Source: an uncultured Dehalococcoidales bacterium
Lineage (GTDB): Bacteria; Chloroflexota; Dehalococcoidia; Dehalococcoidales; UBA5627
Assembly: GCA_964549815.1 (NCBI GenBank)
Contig: CAZJVO010000001.1
Span: 1 to 57,575 of the forward strand
DNA: 57,575 bases
Direction: 5' to 3'
The position numbers and the translations under genes were made by a program. Below the pieces are notes generated by a model, which saw nothing but the letters and a program-made list of their open reading frames with translations, ran no database searches and had not been told where the DNA came from. Shown here in pieces: positions 45,184 to 53,700 of the stretch (its first letter is position 1; every line of letters begins with the position of its first letter).

Positions 45184-45950
45184 AGATAAAGCGTTATTTT
45201 ACCAGTGTAATGGCAATTACCGAACTAGAACTGAGAAAGATAAGGCATGACCAGTCTCAGATATGGCTGCGTTTAATCCAGCCGGTCCTGTGGCTGACAG
45301 TGTTCGGGATTACGTTCAGCACAATCAGGGTTATTCCTACCGGGGACTATACCTATCTTCAGTTCTTAACTCCGGGAATACTGGCACAATCGGTCATTTT
45401 CGTTGCTATTTTTTATGGTATCAACGTCGTCTGGGAGCGTGACCTGGGGCTGCTTAACAAGCTGCTTTCCACGCCGGCACCCCGGTCGTCCATTGTTCTC
45501 GGAAAGTCACTGGCGGGCGGGGCGCGGGGCATATTTCAGGCGCTGGGGATACTTATAATTGCCCTGATAATGGGTATCGATATCATAATTTCTCCGCTCA
45601 GCCTGATTGGTGTTTTTATCGTGATAATTCTGTGCGGCATATGCTTTTCGAGTATGAGCATGGCTCTGGCATCGCTTTTCCGCACCAGGGAAAGGATGAT
45701 GGGTATCGGGCAGGCTATTACTATGCCACTGTTTTTTGCCAGCAATGCCATATATCCGATATCGATCATGCCGGGCTGGCTCAAAACAGTAGCCGTGGTG
45801 AATCCATTAAGCTATGTGGTGGATGCCTTGCGGTCTTTGCTGGTTACCGGCGACCTGTCGGGGTTGGGCATGGATGTGCTGATAATTGTCGTTTCGGCGG
45901 CTGTCCTTTTATTGCTTGCCAGCCTTGGTTTCAGGCGAATGCTGGTTTAA
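45180..45950 (+). CDS. ABC-2 type transporter permease
   Basis: 256 aa, 6 TM. 4-nt overlap with the ATPase gene. Confidence 0.85.
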   Translation: MKIKRYFTSVMAITELELRKIRHDQSQIWLRLIQPVLWLTVFGITFSTIRVIPTGDYTYLQFLTPGILAQSVIFVAIFYGINVVWERDLGLLNKLLSTPAPRSSIVLGKSLAGGARGIFQALGILIIALIMGIDIIISPLSLIGVFIVIILCGICFSSMSMALASLFRTRERMMGIGQAITMPLFFASNAIYPISIMPGWLKTVAVVNPLSYVVDALRSLLVTGDLSGLGMDVLIIVVSAAVLLLLASLGFRRMLV

Positions 45951-46041
45951 AAAAGATATTTCGATGTTCATTTCTGGCATAAAAATAAGCGTAGAATAAT
46001 ATAATCGCCACTTATTTAAAGGTTTAGAAACGTATTAGATT

Positions 46042-46071
46042 CTTACCTACCATTGACAAAGCGCTATATCA
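46042..46071 (+). promoter_or_regulatory. Candidate crp/fnr promoter (TTGACA-17-TGtTATTAT) containing a shared 22-nt motif
   Basis: ATTGACAAAGCGCTATATCAAT (46042-46063) matches TTTATCAATGCGCTATATTAAT (47039-47060) at 17/22 positions in the same orientation. Confidence 0.45.
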
Positions 46072-46163
46072 ATGTTATTATAACGCTATTCAGACGCTTG
46101 TATTCATTAATAAATTTAACAAGGTACATAAAGACGTGTTTGAATTACTGAGATGAGGTTTGA

Positions 46164-46874
46164 TTGCAAATGTCTCAAGAATGCATCAGAAGACTATCGA
46201 CTTCCCCTTTGTTTCGTGATATTAAATTTGAAGAAATTGCAGATATTTTAGATTATTTGGAACCTAAGGTTAAAAAGTATAAAAAAGACGAAGTTATTAC
46301 CTTCCACGAACAATCCCGTGATGGTATCGGAATAGTTGCTAAAGGTAAAGTTGCCATTACCAGAGAATCTTCCTCAGGGAATCGTGTTATATTGGATATA
46401 ATAAGGGCTGGGGGTTTTTTAGATGAGGCAGTTGTTTTTTCTTATAGCACCAAGTTCCCGCCAACTATTGTAACTCTGGAGGACAGCTGTTTATTTTTTC
46501 TTCCTCTTGATAAACTGGTTGGCGACTGCAATAACACCAATATATGCCACAATATATTAATGTCGAATCTACTGAAAATATTTTCCAATTATACGTCATT
46601 GCTGAATAAAAAAATTGACTATTTATCCATAAAGAATATCAGGGAAAAGCTGAGCATTTACTTGATGGACCTGTATCGGAGGACAGGCAGTCCCAATTTA
46701 ATAATACCGATGAAAAGACATGAACTCGCTGATTACTTAAATATTTCCCGGCCAGCACTTTCACGAGAAATGAGCTTGATGCGTAATGAAAATATAATAG
46801 ATTTTAATGGTCGGTCAATTATAATTAAAGATATTAATTCCCTTGAGAAGTTCTCTAATGTTAGTGTAGCTTAA
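46164..46874 (+). CDS. Crp/Fnr family transcriptional regulator
   Basis: cNMP-binding-like N-terminal domain (LFRDIKFEEI...GKVAITRESSSGNRVILDII) and C-terminal HTH (MKRHELADYLNISRPALSREMSLMRNENII). No N-terminal Fnr-type Cys cluster. Confidence 0.85.
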   Translation: MQMSQECIRRLSTSPLFRDIKFEEIADILDYLEPKVKKYKKDEVITFHEQSRDGIGIVAKGKVAITRESSSGNRVILDIIRAGGFLDEAVVFSYSTKFPPTIVTLEDSCLFFLPLDKLVGDCNNTNICHNILMSNLLKIFSNYTSLLNKKIDYLSIKNIREKLSIYLMDLYRRTGSPNLIIPMKRHELADYLNISRPALSREMSLMRNENIIDFNGRSIIIKDINSLEKFSNVSVA

Positions 46875-47007
46875 GTAAGCCCTGTATCAAGGTGCATCTC
46901 AATTATACCAGGTTATCGGAATTGATTAGCTCCATCAATGTAATTTTGCCGCAAATACTCGCTTATATACGATTATTTCCGGGGTAAGTGGTCTTAGAAA
47001 AAATATA

Positions 47008-47037
47008 TTAAATCGGTAATAATTATTACCGATTTAA
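47008..47037. promoter_or_regulatory. Perfect 30-bp palindrome TTAAATCGGTAATAATTATTACCGATTTAA
   Basis: Verified base by base. The core GTAAT-N4-ATTAC has the 5-N4-5 geometry of Crp/Fnr-family boxes. It could alternatively be an AT-rich terminator hairpin of the crp gene. Confidence 0.5.
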
Positions 47038-47038
47038 A

Positions 47039-47060
47039 TTTATCAATGCGCTATATTAAT
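47039..47060 (+). promoter_or_regulatory. Second copy of the 22-nt motif, upstream of the ABC operon
   Basis: 17/22 identical to 46042-46063 (shared CAAnGCGCTATATyAAT). Confidence 0.45.
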
Positions 47061-47225
47061 TCAGATATAGACATAACAATCCTGTCTTTATTTATTGTTA
47101 AAATAAATTTGATTAAATAAGGAGGTGTTTAATTAATAAATTTAGTTTTTCCGGGCAAATATTCATTTGACGTACTCAGCTATTATTTTACATAGCAATA
47201 TATCAAATAAAATATATAGCATTAA

Positions 47226-48314
47226 TTGATTGGTTTCTGGATGATGACCATAAAGAATATTCAAAAAATATGTGCCGATAAACTCAGTTGTATAAATCTT
47301 AAAAGCGAAAACGGATTTTGGTTAAAAGTACTGATATTATCTGTTTTGTTAGTTGCTCTGTTTTTGGGGTCTTTTCTGGTCGGAAGATACGATATATCCA
47401 TAAAGACGATTATCGACATTTTCGCTTCGAATATTTTCCCTGTTGAGCAGTACTGGGAGGACACCTTGGCGATGGTGGTTCAGCAGGTACGGTTTCCCAG
47501 GATAGTCCTGGCAATTCTTATCGGTGGTGCCCTTTCCGTTTCAGGTGCTTCTTACCAGACTCTTTTCAAGAATCCGATGGTTTCACCGGATATACTTGGG
47601 GTTTCAGCTGGCGCCGGTTTCGGTGCTGCCTTGGCTATGATAAACGGGGCAAACTGGGTTGGAATACAAGGTTCTGCCTTTGTATTCGGTCTTGCGGCGG
47701 TTATCATTGCCTTCACGATTGCTCAGGTATTCGGCGGTAGGTCATTTACGGTTCTGATACTCGGCGGTATCGTGGTTGGCAGTTTTTTTCAGGCACTTTT
47801 ATCTATCATCAAAACCCTTGCAGATACGGAAAACGAGTTGCCGGCAATTACATTCTGGCTGATGGGGAGCCTCAGCAGGGGTGATAATGATGATATTCTC
47901 ATAATGCTCCCAGCATTACTCATATCTCTGTTTCTGCTTTTTCTGTTCCGCCACCATATAAACGCACTGTCCGCGGGAGAGGACGTAGCACAAACTATGG
48001 GTGTCAATGTGACTCTGGTGAAGACAGTTATTGTTACAAGCTCTACCTTGATGACGGTCGCCTCCGTAGCTGTCTGCGGTATTATCGGCTGGATAGGGTT
48101 GGTTATTCCCCATTTCGCTCGCATGCTGGTTGGTGCCAGCTATTCGAAAATAGCAGTGGTTTCTTTTCTGCTGGGCGGTTTTTTCCTTCTGGGCATTGAT
48201 GATATCATCCGCGGAGTTGAGGGGGTAGAAGTACCGCTGGGAGTGCTTACTGCTCTTATAGGGACTCCTGTGTTCGCTTTTCTCCTTACCAAGTTAAGAA
48301 GAGGGTGGAATTGA
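47226..48314 (+). CDS. FecCD/BtuC family (iron-chelate/cobalamin type) ABC transporter permease
   Basis: LFLGSFLVGRYDIS, RFPRIVLAILIGGALSVSGASYQTLFKNPMVSPDILGVSAGAG, GIIGWIGLVIPH. The ATG at 47241 is an alternative start. Confidence 0.88.
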   Translation: MIGFWMMTIKNIQKICADKLSCINLKSENGFWLKVLILSVLLVALFLGSFLVGRYDISIKTIIDIFASNIFPVEQYWEDTLAMVVQQVRFPRIVLAILIGGALSVSGASYQTLFKNPMVSPDILGVSAGAGFGAALAMINGANWVGIQGSAFVFGLAAVIIAFTIAQVFGGRSFTVLILGGIVVGSFFQALLSIIKTLADTENELPAITFWLMGSLSRGDNDDILIMLPALLISLFLLFLFRHHINALSAGEDVAQTMGVNVTLVKTVIVTSSTLMTVASVAVCGIIGWIGLVIPHFARMLVGASYSKIAVVSFLLGGFFLLGIDDIIRGVEGVEVPLGVLTALIGTPVFAFLLTKLRRGWN

Positions 48315-49129
48315 TGTTAAAGGTTGAAAATCTGAAGTTTTATTACAGCAAGGAACATATAGTAATAAAAGACATTTCTTTTGCATTGAATGAGCATGAT
48401 GTGCTTTGCCTGCTGGGTCCTAACGGAACCGGCAAGACAACTCTTCTTCGTTGTTTGCTGGCGCTCAATAAACCTGTAGCCGGAACGGTTCAAATCGATG
48501 GTTTCAATATAACCAGAACTACCTCTCGAAAGTTGGCGAAATACCTGGCTTATGTTCCGCAGGCATCTTCAATGGCTTTTCCTTATGAGGCAGAAGAAAT
48601 TGTACTTATGGGCCGTATCGCTCATTTGAATCTGGGAGCCAGCCCTACCAGGAAAGACAGGGAAATATGTTGTGAGGCAATGGAATGCCTTGGGATATCA
48701 CATTTAAGAACGAAATCATTCAATAAGATGAGTGGTGGTGAGCGGCAGATGGTGCTGGTTGCCAGAGCGATGGCTCAGCAAGCGAAAATTCTTATTATGG
48801 ATGAGCCTACTGCCAATCTCGACTACAGCAATCAGGTAAAAATCCTTCAAATCATTAATCAACTGTCTGAACAGGGATATTCGATATTGATGACCTCACA
48901 TTTCCCTGACCATGCCTTCCTGGCATGTAACCGGGTAATACTGATGAAAGATGGCGTGGTTATGGCATGCGGGACACCAGATAACGTGGTTACTTCCGAT
49001 AGCCTTTCTAATCTATATCAGACACAGGTATGTGTTACCGAGGCAACTCTTTATCCGGGAGATACCAGAACAAAGGTATGCATTCCGATAATGAAAAAAA
49101 ATTCAATATTAAAAAAGGAGAACAATTAA
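48305..49129 (+). CDS. ABC transporter ATP-binding protein (FepC/BtuD type)
   Basis: GPNGTGKTTLLR, MSGGERQMV, ILIMDEPTANLD. Confidence 0.9.
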   Translation: MELMLKVENLKFYYSKEHIVIKDISFALNEHDVLCLLGPNGTGKTTLLRCLLALNKPVAGTVQIDGFNITRTTSRKLAKYLAYVPQASSMAFPYEAEEIVLMGRIAHLNLGASPTRKDREICCEAMECLGISHLRTKSFNKMSGGERQMVLVARAMAQQAKILIMDEPTANLDYSNQVKILQIINQLSEQGYSILMTSHFPDHAFLACNRVILMKDGVVMACGTPDNVVTSDSLSNLYQTQVCVTEATLYPGDTRTKVCIPIMKKNSILKKENN

Positions 49130-50338
49130 ATGCAAAAAGAACAAAAGGACAGGTCGATAAAACTATCAAGGAGGGATTTTATAGCCGGAACGGGAGCGGC
49201 CATTTTACTGGGCGTATTGGGTGGATGCAAGCCCGAAACTATCACATCTACAGTTACTTCTACCAAAACAGCAACACAGGTTAACACGAGTACCGTTTCG
49301 AACGTCTCAACCGTAACTGAGACCATTATCTCCAATATCACCAGTACAAATACCGTTACCAGTACGGTCACTGAAACCGTAACGCCGGCTTCATCGTTTA
49401 CCGTAACCGATATGGCGGGACGCACAGTCGAAATTCCGGCTGTCATTAATAAAATTGCCACATTCGGCTCCATTGGTGTTTTGAATGCTATGGTTGAGAC
49501 TATAGGGTGTGGGTCTAAAATTGCCAACCAGATGTCTGCCAGCTTTACCAAGACGGATAAATGGAAATACCAGTATGTTTTCGCCCCGCAGGTTGCCGAT
49601 GGTCCCGTGCTGGAAGTGGGTGGGGAAATAGACATTGAAGCCGTCCTCCAGCTCGACCCTGATGTTTGCCTGTGTATGACTGAGGCAACGGCAGCTCTTC
49701 TTGAAGAAAAAGGGCTGGCTGTTGTTTATCTTGAATGGCAAACCCTCGATGATGTCGAACCGTGTATCACCTTGCTGGGAGAGATTTTCAGCAAGCAGGA
49801 TATAGCAGCTGATTATATCGAGTACTTTAATAATAAAGTCGCTGAAGCCGAGTCGCTTACTGCAGGGCTTGCCGACGAGGACAAAAAGACAGTCCTGTAT
49901 GGCAACATCACAACTTACACTCAGCCTCATGCTATCGCCGAATGGTGGATTGCCGAAGCAGGTGGTATCAGCGTGACTAATACCGGACGAGATCTGGAAG
50001 CTGTTGCCAGTTATACTTATACGCTTGAAGACCTGCTTTTATGGAATCCCGATGTAATGGTAACTACTGCAAATACGATGGCAGCTGAACTATTGGCAAT
50101 GGATACCCTGAAAAGTATTAATGCTATCAAGAATAACGAAATATATTATATTCCCACCGTAGCGCATGTATGGGGCAATCGTACACCAGAACAGCCACTG
50201 ACAGTATTCTGGATGATGAATAAGCTTTACCCTGATATTATGCCGGTTGATACTCTAAAAGAAGAAATACGCTATTTTTACAGCCATTTCTTCCTTACCA
50301 ATCTGACGGATGAACAACTGATCGAAATTATTGGCTAG
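49130..50338 (+). CDS. Class III (BtuF/FecB-like) substrate-binding lipoprotein, Tat signal, Thr/Ser/Val-rich linker (SBP1)
   Basis: SRRDFIAGTGAAILLGVLGGC (twin-Arg plus lipobox). About 50-aa T/S/V linker. Then FTVTDMAGRTVEIPAVINKIATF...DPDVCL..., typical of periplasmic binding protein family 2. Confidence 0.85.
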   Translation: MQKEQKDRSIKLSRRDFIAGTGAAILLGVLGGCKPETITSTVTSTKTATQVNTSTVSNVSTVTETIISNITSTNTVTSTVTETVTPASSFTVTDMAGRTVEIPAVINKIATFGSIGVLNAMVETIGCGSKIANQMSASFTKTDKWKYQYVFAPQVADGPVLEVGGEIDIEAVLQLDPDVCLCMTEATAALLEEKGLAVVYLEWQTLDDVEPCITLLGEIFSKQDIAADYIEYFNNKVAEAESLTAGLADEDKKTVLYGNITTYTQPHAIAEWWIAEAGGISVTNTGRDLEAVASYTYTLEDLLLWNPDVMVTTANTMAAELLAMDTLKSINAIKNNEIYYIPTVAHVWGNRTPEQPLTVFWMMNKLYPDIMPVDTLKEEIRYFYSHFFLTNLTDEQLIEIIG

Positions 50339-50364
50339 CAGAAGAAAATTATAAGGAGAAAAAA

Positions 50365-51192
50365 GTGGGGAATCCGATACTTATCGATACTATTGAGCAT
50401 GTGAACAGAATTCTGGGAAAGAGCATAGATAATTTGACAGTCGAGCGAGCTGTATTCGGATTGTTCTTCTCCGGGGTTAAATTGAGTGATGGCAACGGCG
50501 GGCTTTGCTTTACCCCTATAAAAGAGATTCCTGAAGCGGTTTGCTGTCCCAGTTCGGCAAAGGCGATGCCACTTTCCGGGAAACTGGCAGGCAGGAGTGT
50601 CAAGGCATATCTGGATGACATATTCGGAGAAAACATACTGAAAAAGACGCTTGGCATTGCTGTATTGAACGCTTTAAGCGCATCGTGCTGGAACATGATG
50701 CCAAATAAGGGTTATGAAATCCAATCCGGCAAGGATGCCTTCGATGACATCGAAATTCTGCCCGGTATTAAATCTGTGGTGGTCGGCGCGCTGGTCCCCA
50801 TAATCAGGAAGCTTATTGCTGCCAAGTCCGATTTCCGCATTCTCGAAATGGATTCATCTACGCTGAAAGAGAAGGAGTTGCCTTATTTTGCCGAAGCAGG
50901 CAGGGCACAGGAATTCGTCCCCGGCGCCGATTTACTGGTTATTACAGGAACGACAGTGCTCAACGACACACTTCCTGGGTTGCTCGAGATGGCAAAACCG
51001 GGGGCGCAAATCATCGTAACCGGCCCTACAGCCAGTATGCTGCCGGAAGCCTTTTTCTGCCGGGGTGTGACGACTCTGGGAGGCATCGTGGTTACCAAAC
51101 CCGACGAATTACTGGATATTATCAGCGAAGGCGGCTCTGGTTATCACTTCTTTGGGAAAAGCGCCGAAAGAACCATTATCAATCGAAAATAA
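50365..51192 (+). CDS. DUF4213/DUF364 protein (putative heavy-metal chelation Rossmann-like family)
   Basis: GVKLSDGNGGLCFT...VVGALVPIIRKL...ADLLVITGTTVLNDTLPGLLEM...IIVTGPTASMLPEAFFCRGVTTLGGIVV...ISEGGSG. Confidence 0.8.
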   Translation: MGNPILIDTIEHVNRILGKSIDNLTVERAVFGLFFSGVKLSDGNGGLCFTPIKEIPEAVCCPSSAKAMPLSGKLAGRSVKAYLDDIFGENILKKTLGIAVLNALSASCWNMMPNKGYEIQSGKDAFDDIEILPGIKSVVVGALVPIIRKLIAAKSDFRILEMDSSTLKEKELPYFAEAGRAQEFVPGADLLVITGTTVLNDTLPGLLEMAKPGAQIIVTGPTASMLPEAFFCRGVTTLGGIVVTKPDELLDIISEGGSGYHFFGKSAERTIINRK

Positions 51193-51207
51193 TAAATATC
51201 GAGGAGG

Positions 51208-52479
51208 ATGGAATTTATGGAAAATTATCAGGAAGCTCTGGAAAAAGTATTGCAGTATATTCATATACTGGATATCGAAGAGAAACCACTTTTCGATACT
51301 ATCGGGCAGGTCCTTGTTGAAGATGTATATTCGGAATTTGATTTGCCGCTTAAAGACCAGGCCATGCCGGATGGCTATGCTGTAAGGTCTGCAGATATAA
51401 CATATGCCAGTGATAAAAATCCGGTCAGCCTGTGTATTATCGAGACGGTGAGGGCAGGTTATCTGCCTAAAAACAGGATAAAAAGCGGGACTGCAATCCG
51501 CATCATGACCGGCGCTGTTATGCCAGAGGGGGCCGATTGTGTTGTCAGGTTTGAATTTACTGATGAGCCCGGTAACAAAAGCGGGCCGAACTACAACAAT
51601 CCGACAGAAGTTAAGGTATATAGGGCAGTCGATTCGGGAACAGGTATATCCAGGAAGGGGATGAGCGTCAAGAAAGGAATGCTGGTTTTATCTAAAGGGG
51701 TAACGATAGGCCCTGCCCAGATTTCCGTATTGGCGACAATCGGGAAAACCATGGTGAAGGTTATCCGCCGCCCGGTTATAGCGGTGATTTCTTCTGGGGA
51801 CGAACTAATCGAACTGGGGCAACCCCTGTCACCAGGCAAATCCTACAACTGTAATGAGATGGCAATTGCCTCCTTGGTCTCCCATTACGGCGGTATCCCG
51901 AAGGTATTGGGCATTGCCAGTGATAGCGAGAAATCGGTTAGCGATAAAATCAAAAGGGGAATGAGAGCAGATGCCATTATTACCAGTGGCGGCGTTTCTA
52001 AAGGTGATTTCGACCTTGTTCGCAGTGTGTTAAATAAGCTGGGGGAAGTGGTCTTTACGAGGGTCGAAGTAGGGCCTGGCGCCTCTGTATCTTTCGGATA
52101 TGTAATTAAAGAAGATGAAAAACGGAGAGGTTCAACTATTCCGGTGTTTGCCCTTGCAGGCCCTCCCGCAGGGTGCTTAATTAATTTCGAAATGCTTGTC
52201 AGACCATCGATATTCAAGATGATGGGGAAGAACAATATAGAACATACTATGATAGAGGCGGTCGCAAAGGATGTTGCACCTGCAAAAATGCCAATGACCT
52301 TTGCCAGATGGTCGAGATTGGAAAAAGAAAATGGGGATTACAGCGTCGAGATAAGCAGAGTCGAAACTTCAGGTGCGCTAGCTGCTATAGGGTCTGCCAA
52401 CGCTCTTACTTTCATTCCGAAGGGAACGGTGATTAACAGGGGGGATAGAATTCCCGTATTACCACTTGATTGGTCATAA
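51208..52479 (+). CDS. moeA: Molybdopterin molybdotransferase MoeA
   Basis: YQEALEKVL..., IRIMTGAVMPEGADCVV, VIAVISSGDEL, AIITSGGVSKGDFDLV, GLPGNP-equivalent ALAGPPAGCL. 423 aa. Confidence 0.88.
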   Translation: MEFMENYQEALEKVLQYIHILDIEEKPLFDTIGQVLVEDVYSEFDLPLKDQAMPDGYAVRSADITYASDKNPVSLCIIETVRAGYLPKNRIKSGTAIRIMTGAVMPEGADCVVRFEFTDEPGNKSGPNYNNPTEVKVYRAVDSGTGISRKGMSVKKGMLVLSKGVTIGPAQISVLATIGKTMVKVIRRPVIAVISSGDELIELGQPLSPGKSYNCNEMAIASLVSHYGGIPKVLGIASDSEKSVSDKIKRGMRADAIITSGGVSKGDFDLVRSVLNKLGEVVFTRVEVGPGASVSFGYVIKEDEKRRGSTIPVFALAGPPAGCLINFEMLVRPSIFKMMGKNNIEHTMIEAVAKDVAPAKMPMTFARWSRLEKENGDYSVEISRVETSGALAAIGSANALTFIPKGTVINRGDRIPVLPLDWS

Positions 52480-52522
52480 AAAATTATTCCTGTAGTTAGA
52501 AAATTAAAAAGAGGAGTTTAGA

Positions 52523-53590
52523 ATGAATAAAAGTCAGCAATCATTAATGGAGCTATCATTTCCGGCTGGAATGGATAAAATTGAAAAGGTGACCGAAGGT
52601 TACCAGGTCTTTCAGACGTTATCAGCTGCTATTAATCTGGGGTTGTTCGATTATTTAGCCAGAGAAGGTGCCAGTGACCGGAAGGTAATTGCTGAGGGCA
52701 TCGGAATCAACGGCATGTTCTCCAGGTGTTTTCTGGACACGCTGGTCGAAATCGGATTGCTCTCTAAACAGGATGAGAATTACAGCAATAGCGCTTTAGC
52801 AAATGATTTTTTGGTTAGCAGCAGCCCGTTTTACCATGGGGATTGGGTAAGGAATATTGGCCGCGGTAATCATTGGGGCAATCTGGAGGAGTCGTTAAAG
52901 CGTGAAAAGCCGGAGATAAGGAATACGGGCAGCGGTCCGGGCGAATCTTTTTTAAGTGCACTGGCGGAAACTTCGTTAAGAGGGGAACTACAGGCGGTAA
53001 CCCAAGCTATCGCCGGGTGGAGCGGTTTCGCAAAAGCAAAATCGCTTTTAGACCTCGGTGGTGGGCATGGTTTATATGCCATTGCGCTCTGTCAGGCTAA
53101 TCCGAATCTGACAGGCATAGTGTTTGATAAACCTGAGGTAACGAAAACAACACAAAAATATATTGAAAAATATCAGATGGTGGGGCACGTATCCACGCAG
53201 GGTGGGGATATTTGTACCGACAGTTTCGGGGTGGGTTTCGATATCGTTATTGTTTCACATCTGTTATACAAATTCCGTAAAGAACTGGAGCCGTTTTTCG
53301 ACAAGGTCTACAAAGCACTGAATCCGGGTGGATTGCTGGTTACCAATCACTGGTTCTGCGCTTCCGGATGTACTGCCGAAGGCAGCAGTGTTAAAGAACT
53401 GGCAAAATCGCTGCAGAGCTTCGGACATCCGCTGTGCCATATCGAAGACTTTTACAGGATTTTCGAGAATAAAGGCTTTAAGATAATCGTAAAAGCGGAT
53501 ATTCCGAGTTCTCATGGTACATCATTCCTGCAATTATCGGTTAAAGAATCCACACGTAAGGGAACCGAAGCACATTCGTGTTGCTGTTAA
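52523..53590 (+). CDS. SAM-dependent O-methyltransferase family 2-like protein (N-terminal winged-helix dimerisation domain), Cys-rich C-terminus
   Basis: SAM motif I LLDLGGGHGLYAIAL, acidic loop VFDKPEV, post-I DIVIVSHLLYKF. Ends ...GTEAHSCCC. Confidence 0.8.
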   Translation: MNKSQQSLMELSFPAGMDKIEKVTEGYQVFQTLSAAINLGLFDYLAREGASDRKVIAEGIGINGMFSRCFLDTLVEIGLLSKQDENYSNSALANDFLVSSSPFYHGDWVRNIGRGNHWGNLEESLKREKPEIRNTGSGPGESFLSALAETSLRGELQAVTQAIAGWSGFAKAKSLLDLGGGHGLYAIALCQANPNLTGIVFDKPEVTKTTQKYIEKYQMVGHVSTQGGDICTDSFGVGFDIVIVSHLLYKFRKELEPFFDKVYKALNPGGLLVTNHWFCASGCTAEGSSVKELAKSLQSFGHPLCHIEDFYRIFENKGFKIIVKADIPSSHGTSFLQLSVKESTRKGTEAHSCCC

Positions 53591-53700
53591 TTCGATAATT
53601 ATTAGTAAAAAACTAATCATTAAGGGGAAAAGAGGTATTTTCTTATAAAAAATATTTATCGCAAAGCTGTTAGTTAATTCATGGATTTAAGGAGTAAAAA

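Noticed and set aside
46875-47225. Possible cobalamin riboswitch upstream of the BtuC/FecCD-type importer
   Set aside because: The leader is extremely AT-rich and lacks any GC-rich B12-box-like core that I can recognise. Only palindromes and an orphan AAGGAGGTG (47119-47127) without a start codon are present. An Rfam scan would settle it.
49126-49635. 169-aa minus-strand ORF rich in V/T/S, and the similar 129-aa ORF at 54819..55208
   Set aside because: These are mirror images of the Thr/Ser/Val linker codons of SBP1 and SBP3. The periodic ACN/GTN codons keep the antisense frame open, so they are not independent genes.
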